Positions 15,896 to 23,495 of a DNA stretch of 32,608 nucleotides are shown here, in pieces (the stretch's first letter is position 1; each line of letters begins with the position of its first letter). Below the pieces are notes generated by a model. It was given only the letters and a program-made list of their open reading frames with translations. It had not been told where the DNA came from and did not search any database. Both the position numbers and the translations under genes were made by a program. The DNA lies in the NCBI GenBank assembly GCA_039191195.1, contig JBCCXV010000001.1, positions 1-32,608 of the forward strand. The letters are read 5' to 3'. The DNA comes from Planctomycetota bacterium. Lineage in GTDB: Bacteria; Planctomycetota; Phycisphaerae; Phycisphaerales; Phycisphaeraceae.

Positions 15896-15968
15896 TGGCC
15901 AGACCCGGACTTGAACCGGGGACACCGGCATTTTCAATGCCGTGCTCTACCAACTGAGCTACCTGGCC
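15896..15968 (-). tRNA. tRNA-Phe (GAA).
   Basis: The reverse complement is GGCCAGGTAGCTCAGTTGGTAGAGCACGGCATTGAAAATGCCGGTGTCCCCGGTTCAAGTCCGGGTCTGGCCA. It folds as a cloverleaf with anticodon loop TTGAAAA and is almost collinear with E. coli tRNA-Phe. CCA is not encoded. Confidence 0.95.
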
Positions 15969-16173
15969 CGCGACGTCCCGAAGGCCGTCTCTATGTCACC
16001 CTCGGCAGGCCCAAATTCCCGAGCGAATCGTTCTCACCAGAATCCGGGGCCATCGAGTCGGGCGAGCGTATCGACCCACGTCGGGCTGTCAACACCCCGC
16101 ACGACGCCGCCGCGCCCCGGGTTCATCGGCCGAATCGAAGCCCTACTCCGCCCTGGTGTCCCTTACCGGGTCA

Positions 16174-16617
16174 CTAAGGCAGGACGATGGTGAGCCCGAT
16201 GGGCAGCTTGTCGGGGTTGATGTCGGGGTTGGCCTCGGCGATGTCGACCCAGCGCTGGCCGCTGCCGTACTCCCGCTTGGCGATGTTCCAGAGCTTGTCG
16301 CCCTTTTGGATCGTGTAGGTGCGGCTGGATTCCGCGGCCGGGGCCGGGCCCAAGTCGCCGCCGAAGTCAACCGGGGTGTTGGCGCCGGCGGTGATCTCCA
16401 CCGGCTCGGCCGACCGGGTCGGGGCTTGGGGCGGGGTCTCGAGGTCGGCTCGCAGCACCGTCGACGCCGCCGGGCGGTACGCCGGCGGGGGCGGGGCCAA
16501 GTCGACCTCGGCCGTCGAGGCGGGCTGGCACCCCATCGACGCCACCAGCGCCGGGGCCGACGCCGCGAGCATGAAAGAACGGGGGCGAGCAAACAGACGG
16601 GTCAGCGGATACGGCAT
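16174..16617 (-). CDS. LysM peptidoglycan-binding domain protein with an N-terminal signal (possible lipoprotein).
   Basis: The C-terminal sequence YTIQKGDKLWNIAKREYGSGQRWVDIAEANPDINPDKLPIGLTIVLP is a canonical LysM domain. The N-terminus MLAASAPALVASMGC is signal/lipobox-like. Confidence 0.85.
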   Translation of the reverse strand: MPYPLTRLFARPRSFMLAASAPALVASMGCQPASTAEVDLAPPPPAYRPAASTVLRADLETPPQAPTRSAEPVEITAGANTPVDFGGDLGPAPAAESSRTYTIQKGDKLWNIAKREYGSGQRWVDIAEANPDINPDKLPIGLTIVLP

Positions 16618-16773
16618 CGCTCAGCTCCATCGAGCACCGTGGTCGCCGGCGTGCAGCCGGCCGTCCGCGACGCCCGACACACCGGCCGATCCGCCCGGCG
16701 CGATCCGGCGCCGGCGGTCTGCCCCCAACGTAGCGACACGCGGCCCGCGGCGCCGCCCCGCTACCCTGCGCCC

Positions 16774-17448
16774 GTGCAAGAAAGCCTCGACACAGTCCTG
16801 CGCATGTTCCAACGGGGTGGCCCGGTCATGTGGCCGCTGCTGGCGATCTCGATCGTGTCGCTGGCCCTCACCCTCGAACGCCTGGTCTACGTCTGGAAGG
16901 GCCGCCGGCCGGACACCCCCGGGGCCTTGGCCCGCGCGACCGCGGCGCTGGGCCGGGCCGACGTCGCCGAGGCCCGCGACGCCGCCGAGCACGCCGGCCC
17001 GCTCTATCACCGGGCCACCCGCCGGCTGACCGCGGACCCGCGCGACCGGACTTCGGCGACGGCCGCGATCGCCGTCGAAACCGGCCGGGCCGAGGCCGAG
17101 CGATTCCTGCCCGTGCTGTCGGTCATCGTCACGGCGGCCCCCTTGCTGGGCATCCTCGGGACAGTCCTCGGCATCATCAAGAGCTTCGACGTGGTCGCCG
17201 AGGCCCCGGGCCCGGTGGAGCTCAAAGACGTGGCCGCGGGCATCGCCGAGGCCCTGCTCACCACCGCGGCGGGCATGGTGATTGCACTGCTGGCCCTGCT
17301 GCCCTACGCCCTGCTGCGATCCTGGGCCGGGAGAGCGGTCACCTCCATCGAGGTCCTGGCCGAGGCCTGGGCGGCGCCGGCGAGCCCCACATCCAGCCCC
17401 GACGCCCCCGCGCCAGCCTCAACCACGGCCGGGCCCCCAGCCGACTAA
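16774..17448 (+). CDS. MotA/TolQ/ExbB proton-channel family protein.
   Basis: In frame with ORF 16156..17448. The start is GTG at 16774 or ATG at 16804. The protein has GGPVMWPLLAISIVSLALTLERL (TM1), APLLGILGTVLGIIKSF (TM2) and GIAEALLTTAAGMVIALLALLPY (TM3). Confidence 0.85.
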   Translation: MQESLDTVLRMFQRGGPVMWPLLAISIVSLALTLERLVYVWKGRRPDTPGALARATAALGRADVAEARDAAEHAGPLYHRATRRLTADPRDRTSATAAIAVETGRAEAERFLPVLSVIVTAAPLLGILGTVLGIIKSFDVVAEAPGPVELKDVAAGIAEALLTTAAGMVIALLALLPYALLRSWAGRAVTSIEVLAEAWAAPASPTSSPDAPAPASTTAGPPAD

Positions 17449-17449
17449 C

Positions 17450-17482
17450 GTAGGGGCGGCCCGACCCGCTCTGTGCCCCTAC
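17450..17482 (+). terminator. Stem-loop GTAGGGGC-N17-GCCCCTAC between the ExbB-like stop and the glgP start.
   Basis: A perfect 8-bp inverted repeat lies at 17450-17457 and 17475-17482. There is no U-tract, so its role as a terminator or attenuator is uncertain. Confidence 0.25.
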
Positions 17483-17496
17483 GAGAAGGCTGAACC

Positions 17497-20142
17497 ATGA
17501 TCGACCCCGATTCGCTGCACGTTACCCCCATCGAGGTGACCACCCAGCTCCCGCCCGCCTTGGCCCCCCTGGCCGAGATCGCCCGCAACTACTGGTGGAC
17601 CTGGCAGCCCCGGGCCAAAGCGCTGTTCGCGCAGGTCGACCCCGACCTCTGGGTCCGCTGCCAGCACAACCCGGTCAAGCTGCTCGACTGGGCCTCGGCC
17701 GAGCGCCTGGAAGACCTCGCCCACGACAAACGCTTCCTCGACCAGGTCAAGCGGGTCCGCACCTCGCTGCAGAACGACATCGACGGCCCGTCGTGGTTCG
17801 CCAACCAGCCCGGCGGGACCCAAGGGCACGTCGCCTACTTCTGCGCCGAGTTCGGCATCACCGAAAGTTTCCAGATCTACTCCGGCGGCCTGGGCTGCCT
17901 CGCCGGCGACCACCTCAAGTCCGCCAGCGAGCTCGGCATCCCCCTGACCGCCGTCGGCCTGCTCTACCGCCGGGGCTACTTCCAGCAGCACCTGACCGCC
18001 GACGGCTGGCAGATGGAATACAACCCCGAGCTCGACTTCGAGCGGCTGCCCCTGGAGCGCGTCGCCGCGCCCGGGACCGACGAGCCGCTCAGCGTCGAAG
18101 TCGCGCTGCCCGGGCGCAGCGTCACCGTCGCCGTTTGGCGCACCGACGTCGGGCGCATCCCGCTGTACCTGCTCGACACCGACGTCGAAGACAACCGCCC
18201 CGAAGACCGCCGCATCACCAACCAGCTCTACGGCGGCGACCAAGAGCACCGCATCCAGCAAGAGATCGTGCTGGGCATCGGCGGGCACCGCGCGCTCGAG
18301 GCGCTCGGCCTCCGCCCCGACGTGTGCCACCTCAACGAAGGCCATGCGGCCTTCGTCGCCCTCGAGCGCATCCGGCGTCTGCTCGAAGACCACGAGGGCC
18401 TGAACTTCGACGAGGCCCGCCAGCAGGCCGCCGCGTCGCACGTGTTCACCACCCACACGCCCGTGCCGGCCGGCATCGACCGGTTCCCCAAGGAACTCGT
18501 CGAAAAGTACTTCAAGCTCTTCCACGCGTCGCTCCACCTCGACATGGAGGGCGTGCTGGCCCTGGGCCGCGACAACGTCTTCAACAAGGACGAGCCGTTC
18601 TCCATGGCCACGCTGGCCATCCGCACCTCCGACTTCTGCAACGGCGTCTCCAAGCTGCACGGCGAGGTCTCGCGCGACATGTGGAAGGACATCTGGCCCG
18701 GCGTGCCCACGCCCGAAGTGCCCATCGGCCACGTGACCAACGGCGTCCACGCCAAGAGCTGGCTGTGCCCCGAGCTCAACGCCGCGCTGCGCGAGCACGC
18801 CGACCCCGTCGCCGACAACGCCGACGACGACGCCAAACTCGCCGCGCAGCTGCACGAGCCCTTCGAGGCCGTCCGCCGCATCCCCGACGAAGAGCTCTGG
18901 CGCATGCACCAGGACCGCCGGCGGGACCTGCTCGCCTTCTGCTGCCGCATCAGCCCCATGCGCCCCGAGCACCTGGGCCCGGCCCGGCACGTCGGCGCGT
19001 CGCTCGACCCCGAAGCCCTCACCGTCGGCTTCGCCCGGCGGTTCGCCACCTACAAGCGCGGCGCACTGTTCCTGCAAGACCCCCAACGACTGCTGGCCCT
19101 GCTCCGCAACGCGGACCACCCGGTCCAGTTCGTCATCGCCGGCAAGGCCCACCCGGCCGACCACGGCGGCAAGGAGCTGATCCAGCGCATCGTCCGGTTC
19201 GCCGACGACCACGACGTGGCCCACCGCATCGTGTTCGTCGAGAACTACGACATCGAGGTCGCCCGCATGCTCGTCCAGGGCTGCGACATCTGGCTCAACA
19301 ACCCCCGGCGCGGCATGGAGGCCTCGGGCACCAGCGGCATGAAGGCCGCCATGAACGGCGTGCCCAACTGCTCGATCCTCGACGGCTGGTGGGACGAGGC
19401 CGCCGAAGACAAGGTCGGCTGGAACATCGGCACCCGCATGAACCTGGACAACCCCCAGGCCGCCGACCGCATCGAAAGCCGCGCCCTCTACAACCTCCTC
19501 GAACAAGAGATCGTCCCCGAGTTCTACGACCGCGACGCCAACGGCGTGCCGCGCCGGTGGGTCCAGCGCATGAAGGCCTCGATCGCCCGCCTGGGACCGG
19601 CCTTCGGCACCAACCGCATGGTCAAGGACTACGCCAACCAGTACTACCTCCCGGCCCTCGAGCGCGCCGCCCACATGGCCGCCGACGACCTGGCCCCGGC
19701 CCGCGAACTCGCCCGCTGCAAGGGCGCGCTCCGCGGGGCTTGGCACGGCGTACGCGTCCGCTCGGTCGTCGCCCACGCGCCCGGCGCGGTCCGGCCCGCC
19801 GACGACGTCCGGGTCGTCGCCGAGGTCGAGCACCCCGGCCTGCCCGCCGGCGACCTGCGCGTCCAGGCCTGCCTGGGCGAAGCCGACCAGACCGGCGCCC
19901 TGGGCGACCTGGCCATCGCCGAGTTGTCCTTCGACGCCGCCACCGACGACGCCGACGTCAGCCGCTTCGTCGGCCAGGTGCAACCCGATCGCACCGGTCG
20001 CTTCGGCCTGTGCGTGCGCGTGCTCCCGGCGTGCGAACTGGTCACGCCCGTCTCCGAACCCGGCCTGATCTGCTGGCACGGCCAACCCGAGCCGGCGGCC
20101 GCGACCGACGAAGCGCCCGAACCCGAAGCCGCCACGGCCTGA
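17497..20142 (+). CDS. glgP: Alpha-glucan (glycogen/maltodextrin) phosphorylase, GT35 'alpha-glucan family phosphorylase'.
   Basis: The 881-aa ORF contains YFCAEFG...YSGGLGCLAGDHLKSASELG...LNEGHAAF...FARRFATYKR...NPRRGMEASGTSGMKAAMNG, including the PLP-lysine motif. Confidence 0.95.
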   Translation: MIDPDSLHVTPIEVTTQLPPALAPLAEIARNYWWTWQPRAKALFAQVDPDLWVRCQHNPVKLLDWASAERLEDLAHDKRFLDQVKRVRTSLQNDIDGPSWFANQPGGTQGHVAYFCAEFGITESFQIYSGGLGCLAGDHLKSASELGIPLTAVGLLYRRGYFQQHLTADGWQMEYNPELDFERLPLERVAAPGTDEPLSVEVALPGRSVTVAVWRTDVGRIPLYLLDTDVEDNRPEDRRITNQLYGGDQEHRIQQEIVLGIGGHRALEALGLRPDVCHLNEGHAAFVALERIRRLLEDHEGLNFDEARQQAAASHVFTTHTPVPAGIDRFPKELVEKYFKLFHASLHLDMEGVLALGRDNVFNKDEPFSMATLAIRTSDFCNGVSKLHGEVSRDMWKDIWPGVPTPEVPIGHVTNGVHAKSWLCPELNAALREHADPVADNADDDAKLAAQLHEPFEAVRRIPDEELWRMHQDRRRDLLAFCCRISPMRPEHLGPARHVGASLDPEALTVGFARRFATYKRGALFLQDPQRLLALLRNADHPVQFVIAGKAHPADHGGKELIQRIVRFADDHDVAHRIVFVENYDIEVARMLVQGCDIWLNNPRRGMEASGTSGMKAAMNGVPNCSILDGWWDEAAEDKVGWNIGTRMNLDNPQAADRIESRALYNLLEQEIVPEFYDRDANGVPRRWVQRMKASIARLGPAFGTNRMVKDYANQYYLPALERAAHMAADDLAPARELARCKGALRGAWHGVRVRSVVAHAPGAVRPADDVRVVAEVEHPGLPAGDLRVQACLGEADQTGALGDLAIAELSFDAATDDADVSRFVGQVQPDRTGRFGLCVRVLPACELVTPVSEPGLICWHGQPEPAAATDEAPEPEAATA

Positions 20143-20160
20143 CCCCCGGCTGACTACAGC

Positions 20161-21105
20161 GTGCCCCCCAACGACCCGCCGAGCCGCACCCCCGACGAAC
20201 CCTCCGGGGTCTCCGAGAACGTGGGGCTGTTCGGGGAAGAGGCCGAGCCGCCGACGCCCCCGCGGCTGTCGGGCGCCGATCTTCAACTGGTCGACGCCTA
20301 CGTCGCCCAACGACGATCGCTCGACGACCTGCCTTACACGCCCGAGCTCGACGCCATCACTCGGGCCCTTGCCGACGGCGCCACGGCGCCCGCGCCGCAA
20401 GACGTCCTCCGCCGACTGCTCAACCTCCGCAAGGCCGGCAAGCTGCCCGCGCTGGGCGACTCGGCCCTGCCCGCAACTTCGCCGGCCAAGCTCGACCCGG
20501 CCCACGAGCGGGCGCTGCGCGAACTCGTCGAAGACGCCGTCGGCAAGCTCTCGGCGAGAGACCGGCTGGCCGCTGCGCCCGAGTTCGACCGCCTGGTCGA
20601 GCGGTTTCAAGCGACCACCGGACTCGAGACCACCCCGCACGACCTCTGGCGGGTCGTCGCCAAGCTGGGCAAGCGGTCCGCGAGCGCCGGCGAAACGGCG
20701 CAAGCCGCCCTGAGCAGCGCAGGCCCCGACAAGACACCGCCCGCCCCCCCCGCGCCGCCGGCCGCCGCAGCGCCCGAGGTCCCCCGGCCCGAGCCCTTGG
20801 CCGAGGCCGACCTGCGCGTCGGCGTGGTCCTCTCGGCCCGCCGGCACCCCACGTCGCGCGACCCCGCCATCGTGCTCGAGATCGATCTGGGCCCAAGGGG
20901 CGTGGTCACCAGTTCCTCACAGATCACCGACCTGTACGCACCCCAAGACCTGACCGGCAGGGCCGTCGTCGTCGCCGCGGGCCTCGGCGCTCGCCGCGTG
21001 GGCGGCATCAAGTCCCAAGTGCTCACCCTCGGCGTGCCCACGCCCGGCGGCATCGCCCTGCTCTCGGCCGACGCCGGCGCCAAGCCCGGCGACCCGGTCT
21101 TCTGA
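20161..21105 (+). CDS. Fusion protein: a novel ~205-aa N-terminal region joined to a C-terminal CsaA/EMAP-type tRNA-binding OB-fold domain.
   Basis: The C-terminal sequence ADLRVGVVLSARRHP...AIVLEIDLGPRGVVTSSSQIT..Y.PQDLTGRAVVVAAGLGARRVGGIKSQVLTLG aligns with B. subtilis CsaA. The N-terminal part has two similar ~45-aa segments and a Pro/Ala linker. GTG start at 20161. Confidence 0.7.
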   Translation: MPPNDPPSRTPDEPSGVSENVGLFGEEAEPPTPPRLSGADLQLVDAYVAQRRSLDDLPYTPELDAITRALADGATAPAPQDVLRRLLNLRKAGKLPALGDSALPATSPAKLDPAHERALRELVEDAVGKLSARDRLAAAPEFDRLVERFQATTGLETTPHDLWRVVAKLGKRSASAGETAQAALSSAGPDKTPPAPPAPPAAAAPEVPRPEPLAEADLRVGVVLSARRHPTSRDPAIVLEIDLGPRGVVTSSSQITDLYAPQDLTGRAVVVAAGLGARRVGGIKSQVLTLGVPTPGGIALLSADAGAKPGDPVF

Positions 21106-21311
21106 CCCCCCAAGCGCGCCAATCCGGCCCCAAACGCAGTGAAATCCGCCCCGGAGCGTTCCACAACCGTTGGAACCCGGCCGGGCGCGCGGTAGTCTTG
21201 AACCGGGCCGGCCTGCTGTCCGCCCCGCTTGATTCACCGTCTTTGCTGTCGTTCGACACCTCTTGCGATCGTTTCTAGGGCCCTTTCTTTTCGCCCGCTT
21301 GGAGTTCGCGC

Positions 21312-21791
21312 ATGTCCGCACTGATCTGCATCCACGGCCCGAACCGCGGCGAGTACTTCAACCTGCCCCGCCGCAAACCCCTGGTCGTCGGCCGGGAAGG
21401 CTCGCTCCTATTCCACCTGGCCGACCGGCGCGTCTCACGCAAGCACACCGAGTTCACCTGCGAAGGCGACGGCGAGAAGTGCCTCGTCAAAGACCTCGGG
21501 TCCAACAACGGCACGCACATCAACGGCGAACGCATCAGCCACGCCGTCGAAGTGAAAGACGGCGACCTGATCCGCATGGGCTACTCGCTGCTGGTGTTCG
21601 TCAACAAAGAGCTCGACGAGCGCAGCCCCATCCCGCCGTTCCTCAAAGCCTGCGAACGGCTGTACACCAAGCACCTCATGGAGGTGCGCATGCACGACCA
21701 CTCCGACCAGCCCCAGCCGGACATGAGCGACACCATGCGCAGCAACTCGATGTTCGGCATCCGCTTCGCCCGCCCCCGCTCAGCCAGCTGA
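21312..21791 (+). CDS. FHA domain-containing protein.
   Basis: Contains LVVGREGSLLFHLADRRVSRKHTEF...VKDLGSNNGTHINGERI....VKDGDLIRMGYSLLVF, which carries the canonical FHA G-R...S-R/K-H...N-G motifs. Confidence 0.85.
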   Translation: MSALICIHGPNRGEYFNLPRRKPLVVGREGSLLFHLADRRVSRKHTEFTCEGDGEKCLVKDLGSNNGTHINGERISHAVEVKDGDLIRMGYSLLVFVNKELDERSPIPPFLKACERLYTKHLMEVRMHDHSDQPQPDMSDTMRSNSMFGIRFARPRSAS

Positions 21792-21793
21792 CT

Positions 21794-21853
21794 CCCCCGG
21801 AATCTCTCCCGCAATACCCCCCCGGAAGTGTCCTGGAGATGCCCTGGAAGGCG
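21794..21853 (+). repeat. Array A: about five CC(T)GGA-core repeats with 11-13-bp spacing.
   Basis: The units are CCGGAATCTCT / CCCGCAATACCCC / CCGGAAGTGT / CCTGGAGATGC / CCTGGAAGGCG. The array starts 3 nt after the FHA gene stop and lies upstream of thiL. Confidence 0.6.
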
Positions 21854-21922
21854 TTACAGCCGGGGAGGCCCGCGGCAAGGCTCCACACGACGCTCTGTGC
21901 CGGCGCCCCGTAGCATCGCGCC

Positions 21923-22882
21923 GTGCTCGAACGCGACCTCATCCAAGCCCTGGTCGAGAAAGCCACCCCGCAGCCCGGCGTGACCGTCGGCCTCGGCGAC
22001 GATCTGGCCGTGCTCGAACGGCCCGGCGGGCCAGCGCTGCTCGTCGGCGTCGACCCCGTGATCGCCGGCGTCCACTTCGACCCCCCGCGCGACCCGCCCG
22101 AGCTCGTCGGCCGAAAGGCGCTCTGCCGAAACCTCTCCGACGTCGCCGCGATGGCCGCACGCCCCGTCGCCTGCCTCGCGGCGTTGACGATCGGCCGCCG
22201 AGAGACGGGCGCCGCCGAGCACGCCGTCGCCATGATGCAAGGCCTGCAAGACGCCGCCGGCCTGTTCCGCTGCCCGCTGGTTGGGGGCGACACCGCCTCC
22301 GCCGACGGCCCGACCACGCTCAGCGTCACCGTCGTCGCCGAGGCCGTCGACCACCCGCCGATCACCCGCGCCGGCGCCCAAACCGGCGACGTGCTCTGCG
22401 TCACCGGCCCGCTCGGCGGGTCGCTCCTCCCCGGCCCCCAGGGCCAGCCGCCCCACCACCTCGCCTTCACCCCACGCGTCGACGCCGCCCTCGCCCTGGC
22501 CCAGGCCTTCGGTGGCGACCTCCACGCCATGATGGACCTCTCCGACGGCCTCGCGATGGACGCGCCCCACCTCGCCCAGGCCAGCGGCGTCGACCTCGAG
22601 GTCGATCTGGACGCGCTGCCCGTCCGCACCGTCGCGCAACAGGCCCACCCGGCTCCCGAAGCCCGTTGGCGGTCCGCCCTCGGCGACGGCGAGGACTACG
22701 AACTCCTGCTCGCCTTGGCGCCCGACGCCTCGCCCCGAGCCGCGCTCCCGCCAGACGTCACGCTCACCGCGATCGGGCGCGTGGTCGCGCCATCAAGCCC
22801 ACCGGGGCGCGTCGCTTGGCTCACGCCCGACGGCCGACCGTTCGACACCACCGGCCTCGGCTGGGAGCACGCCGCCCCGTGA
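21923..22882 (+). CDS. thiL: Thiamine-monophosphate kinase.
   Basis: Contains GDDLAVLE...VDPVIAGVHF...GRKALCRNLSDVAAMAARP...GGDT...MMDLSDGLAMD...GEDYELL. GTG start. Confidence 0.9.
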   Translation: MLERDLIQALVEKATPQPGVTVGLGDDLAVLERPGGPALLVGVDPVIAGVHFDPPRDPPELVGRKALCRNLSDVAAMAARPVACLAALTIGRRETGAAEHAVAMMQGLQDAAGLFRCPLVGGDTASADGPTTLSVTVVAEAVDHPPITRAGAQTGDVLCVTGPLGGSLLPGPQGQPPHHLAFTPRVDAALALAQAFGGDLHAMMDLSDGLAMDAPHLAQASGVDLEVDLDALPVRTVAQQAHPAPEARWRSALGDGEDYELLLALAPDASPRAALPPDVTLTAIGRVVAPSSPPGRVAWLTPDGRPFDTTGLGWEHAAP

Positions 22883-23397
22883 CCGCGCCCGACCCCCAAA
22901 GCGGCATCGCCCTCGAAGCCGCTAACGCGGAAGCCACCCGCGCCATCGGCCGCGCGATCGGCGGCCAGCTCCGGCCCGGCGACCTCGTCACGCTCGACGG
23001 CCCCCTCGGCGCCGGCAAGACCACCCTCGTGCGCGGCCTCGCCCTCGGCGCCGGCTCGCACGACGACGTGTCGAGCCCGACATTCGTTTTATCTCAAGAA
23101 TACGAGATTGAAGGGCGCCCGGGCCTAGACGCGCTCGTGCACATCGACGCCTACCGGCTGTCTCCCGGCGAGCTGCCGTCCATCGGCTGGGAGGGCGACG
23201 CCGCCGAGCTCCGCCGCGGCGCCCTGGTCGTGGTCGAGTGGGCCTCGCGCATCGCCGAGGCCCTGCCCGACGACCGGCTGGCGGTCGCCCTGGAGCACGC
23301 CGACCCCGGCCGGCGGATGACGCTCCAAGCCCGCGGCGGGCTGCGCGAACGGCTCCCGGCCCTCCAGAATACGCTCGCGCCCTGGGTTGCGACGTAG
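22879..23397 (+). CDS. tsaE: tRNA threonylcarbamoyladenosine (t6A) biosynthesis ATPase TsaE.
   Basis: In frame with ORF 22666..23397. The GTG at 22879 overlaps the thiL stop (GTGA). Contains LDGPLGAGKTTLVRGLA...VSSPTF.L.QEY......HIDAYRL. Confidence 0.9.
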   Translation: MTAPDPQSGIALEAANAEATRAIGRAIGGQLRPGDLVTLDGPLGAGKTTLVRGLALGAGSHDDVSSPTFVLSQEYEIEGRPGLDALVHIDAYRLSPGELPSIGWEGDAAELRRGALVVVEWASRIAEALPDDRLAVALEHADPGRRMTLQARGGLRERLPALQNTLAPWVAT

Positions 23398-23420
23398 AGA
23401 CCCCCCACCGACATCGCCCC

Positions 23421-23464
23421 TTCCGGGTGCACGCCGGGGGCGTTCCGGGGGGGGGAGATTCCAG
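23421..23464 (-). repeat. Array B: three 11-bp-phased CCGG cores (reverse orientation of the CCGGAA motif) plus a G9 homopolymer.
   Basis: CCGG occurs at 23423, 23434 and 23445. The G run is at 23447-23455. The reverse complement reads CTGGAATCTCCCCCCCCCGGAACGCCCCCGGCGTGCACCCGGAA. The array lies 32-75 bp upstream of the methyltransferase ATG. Confidence 0.6.
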
Positions 23465-23495
23465 CCCCGCACGCCGGCCGGCCGATGCCCACGGC

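Noticed and set aside
15896-15968. A tRNA gene as an integration site of a genomic island or prophage. The same question applies to the tRNA-Thr pair at 24492-24790.
   Set aside because: No integrase, recombinase, transposase or phage-like genes are present. I saw no direct repeat of the tRNA 3' ends elsewhere in the window. The flanking genes are housekeeping.
17479-20847. 1122-aa minus-strand ORF, plus the 852-aa +2-frame ORF at 17595..20153.
   Set aside because: Both overlap glgP, whose translation carries unmistakable GT35 motifs including EASGTSGMK. The alternative frames are Arg/Pro/Gly-rich with no recognisable domains.
21158-21176. GTTCCA-N7-TGGAAC inverted repeat upstream of the FHA gene, considered as a sigma-54 promoter or operator.
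   Set aside because: It does not fit TGGCAC-N5-TTGCW, and it is a single 6-bp palindrome that is easily expected by chance. I am recording it only as a weak candidate operator.
21792-21922. TPP riboswitch upstream of thiL.
   Set aside because: The conserved THI-box elements (CUGAGA and ACCUGAUCUGGAUAAUGCCAGCG-like segments) are absent. The region is instead occupied by the CCGGA repeat array. ThiL is also not usually riboswitch-controlled.
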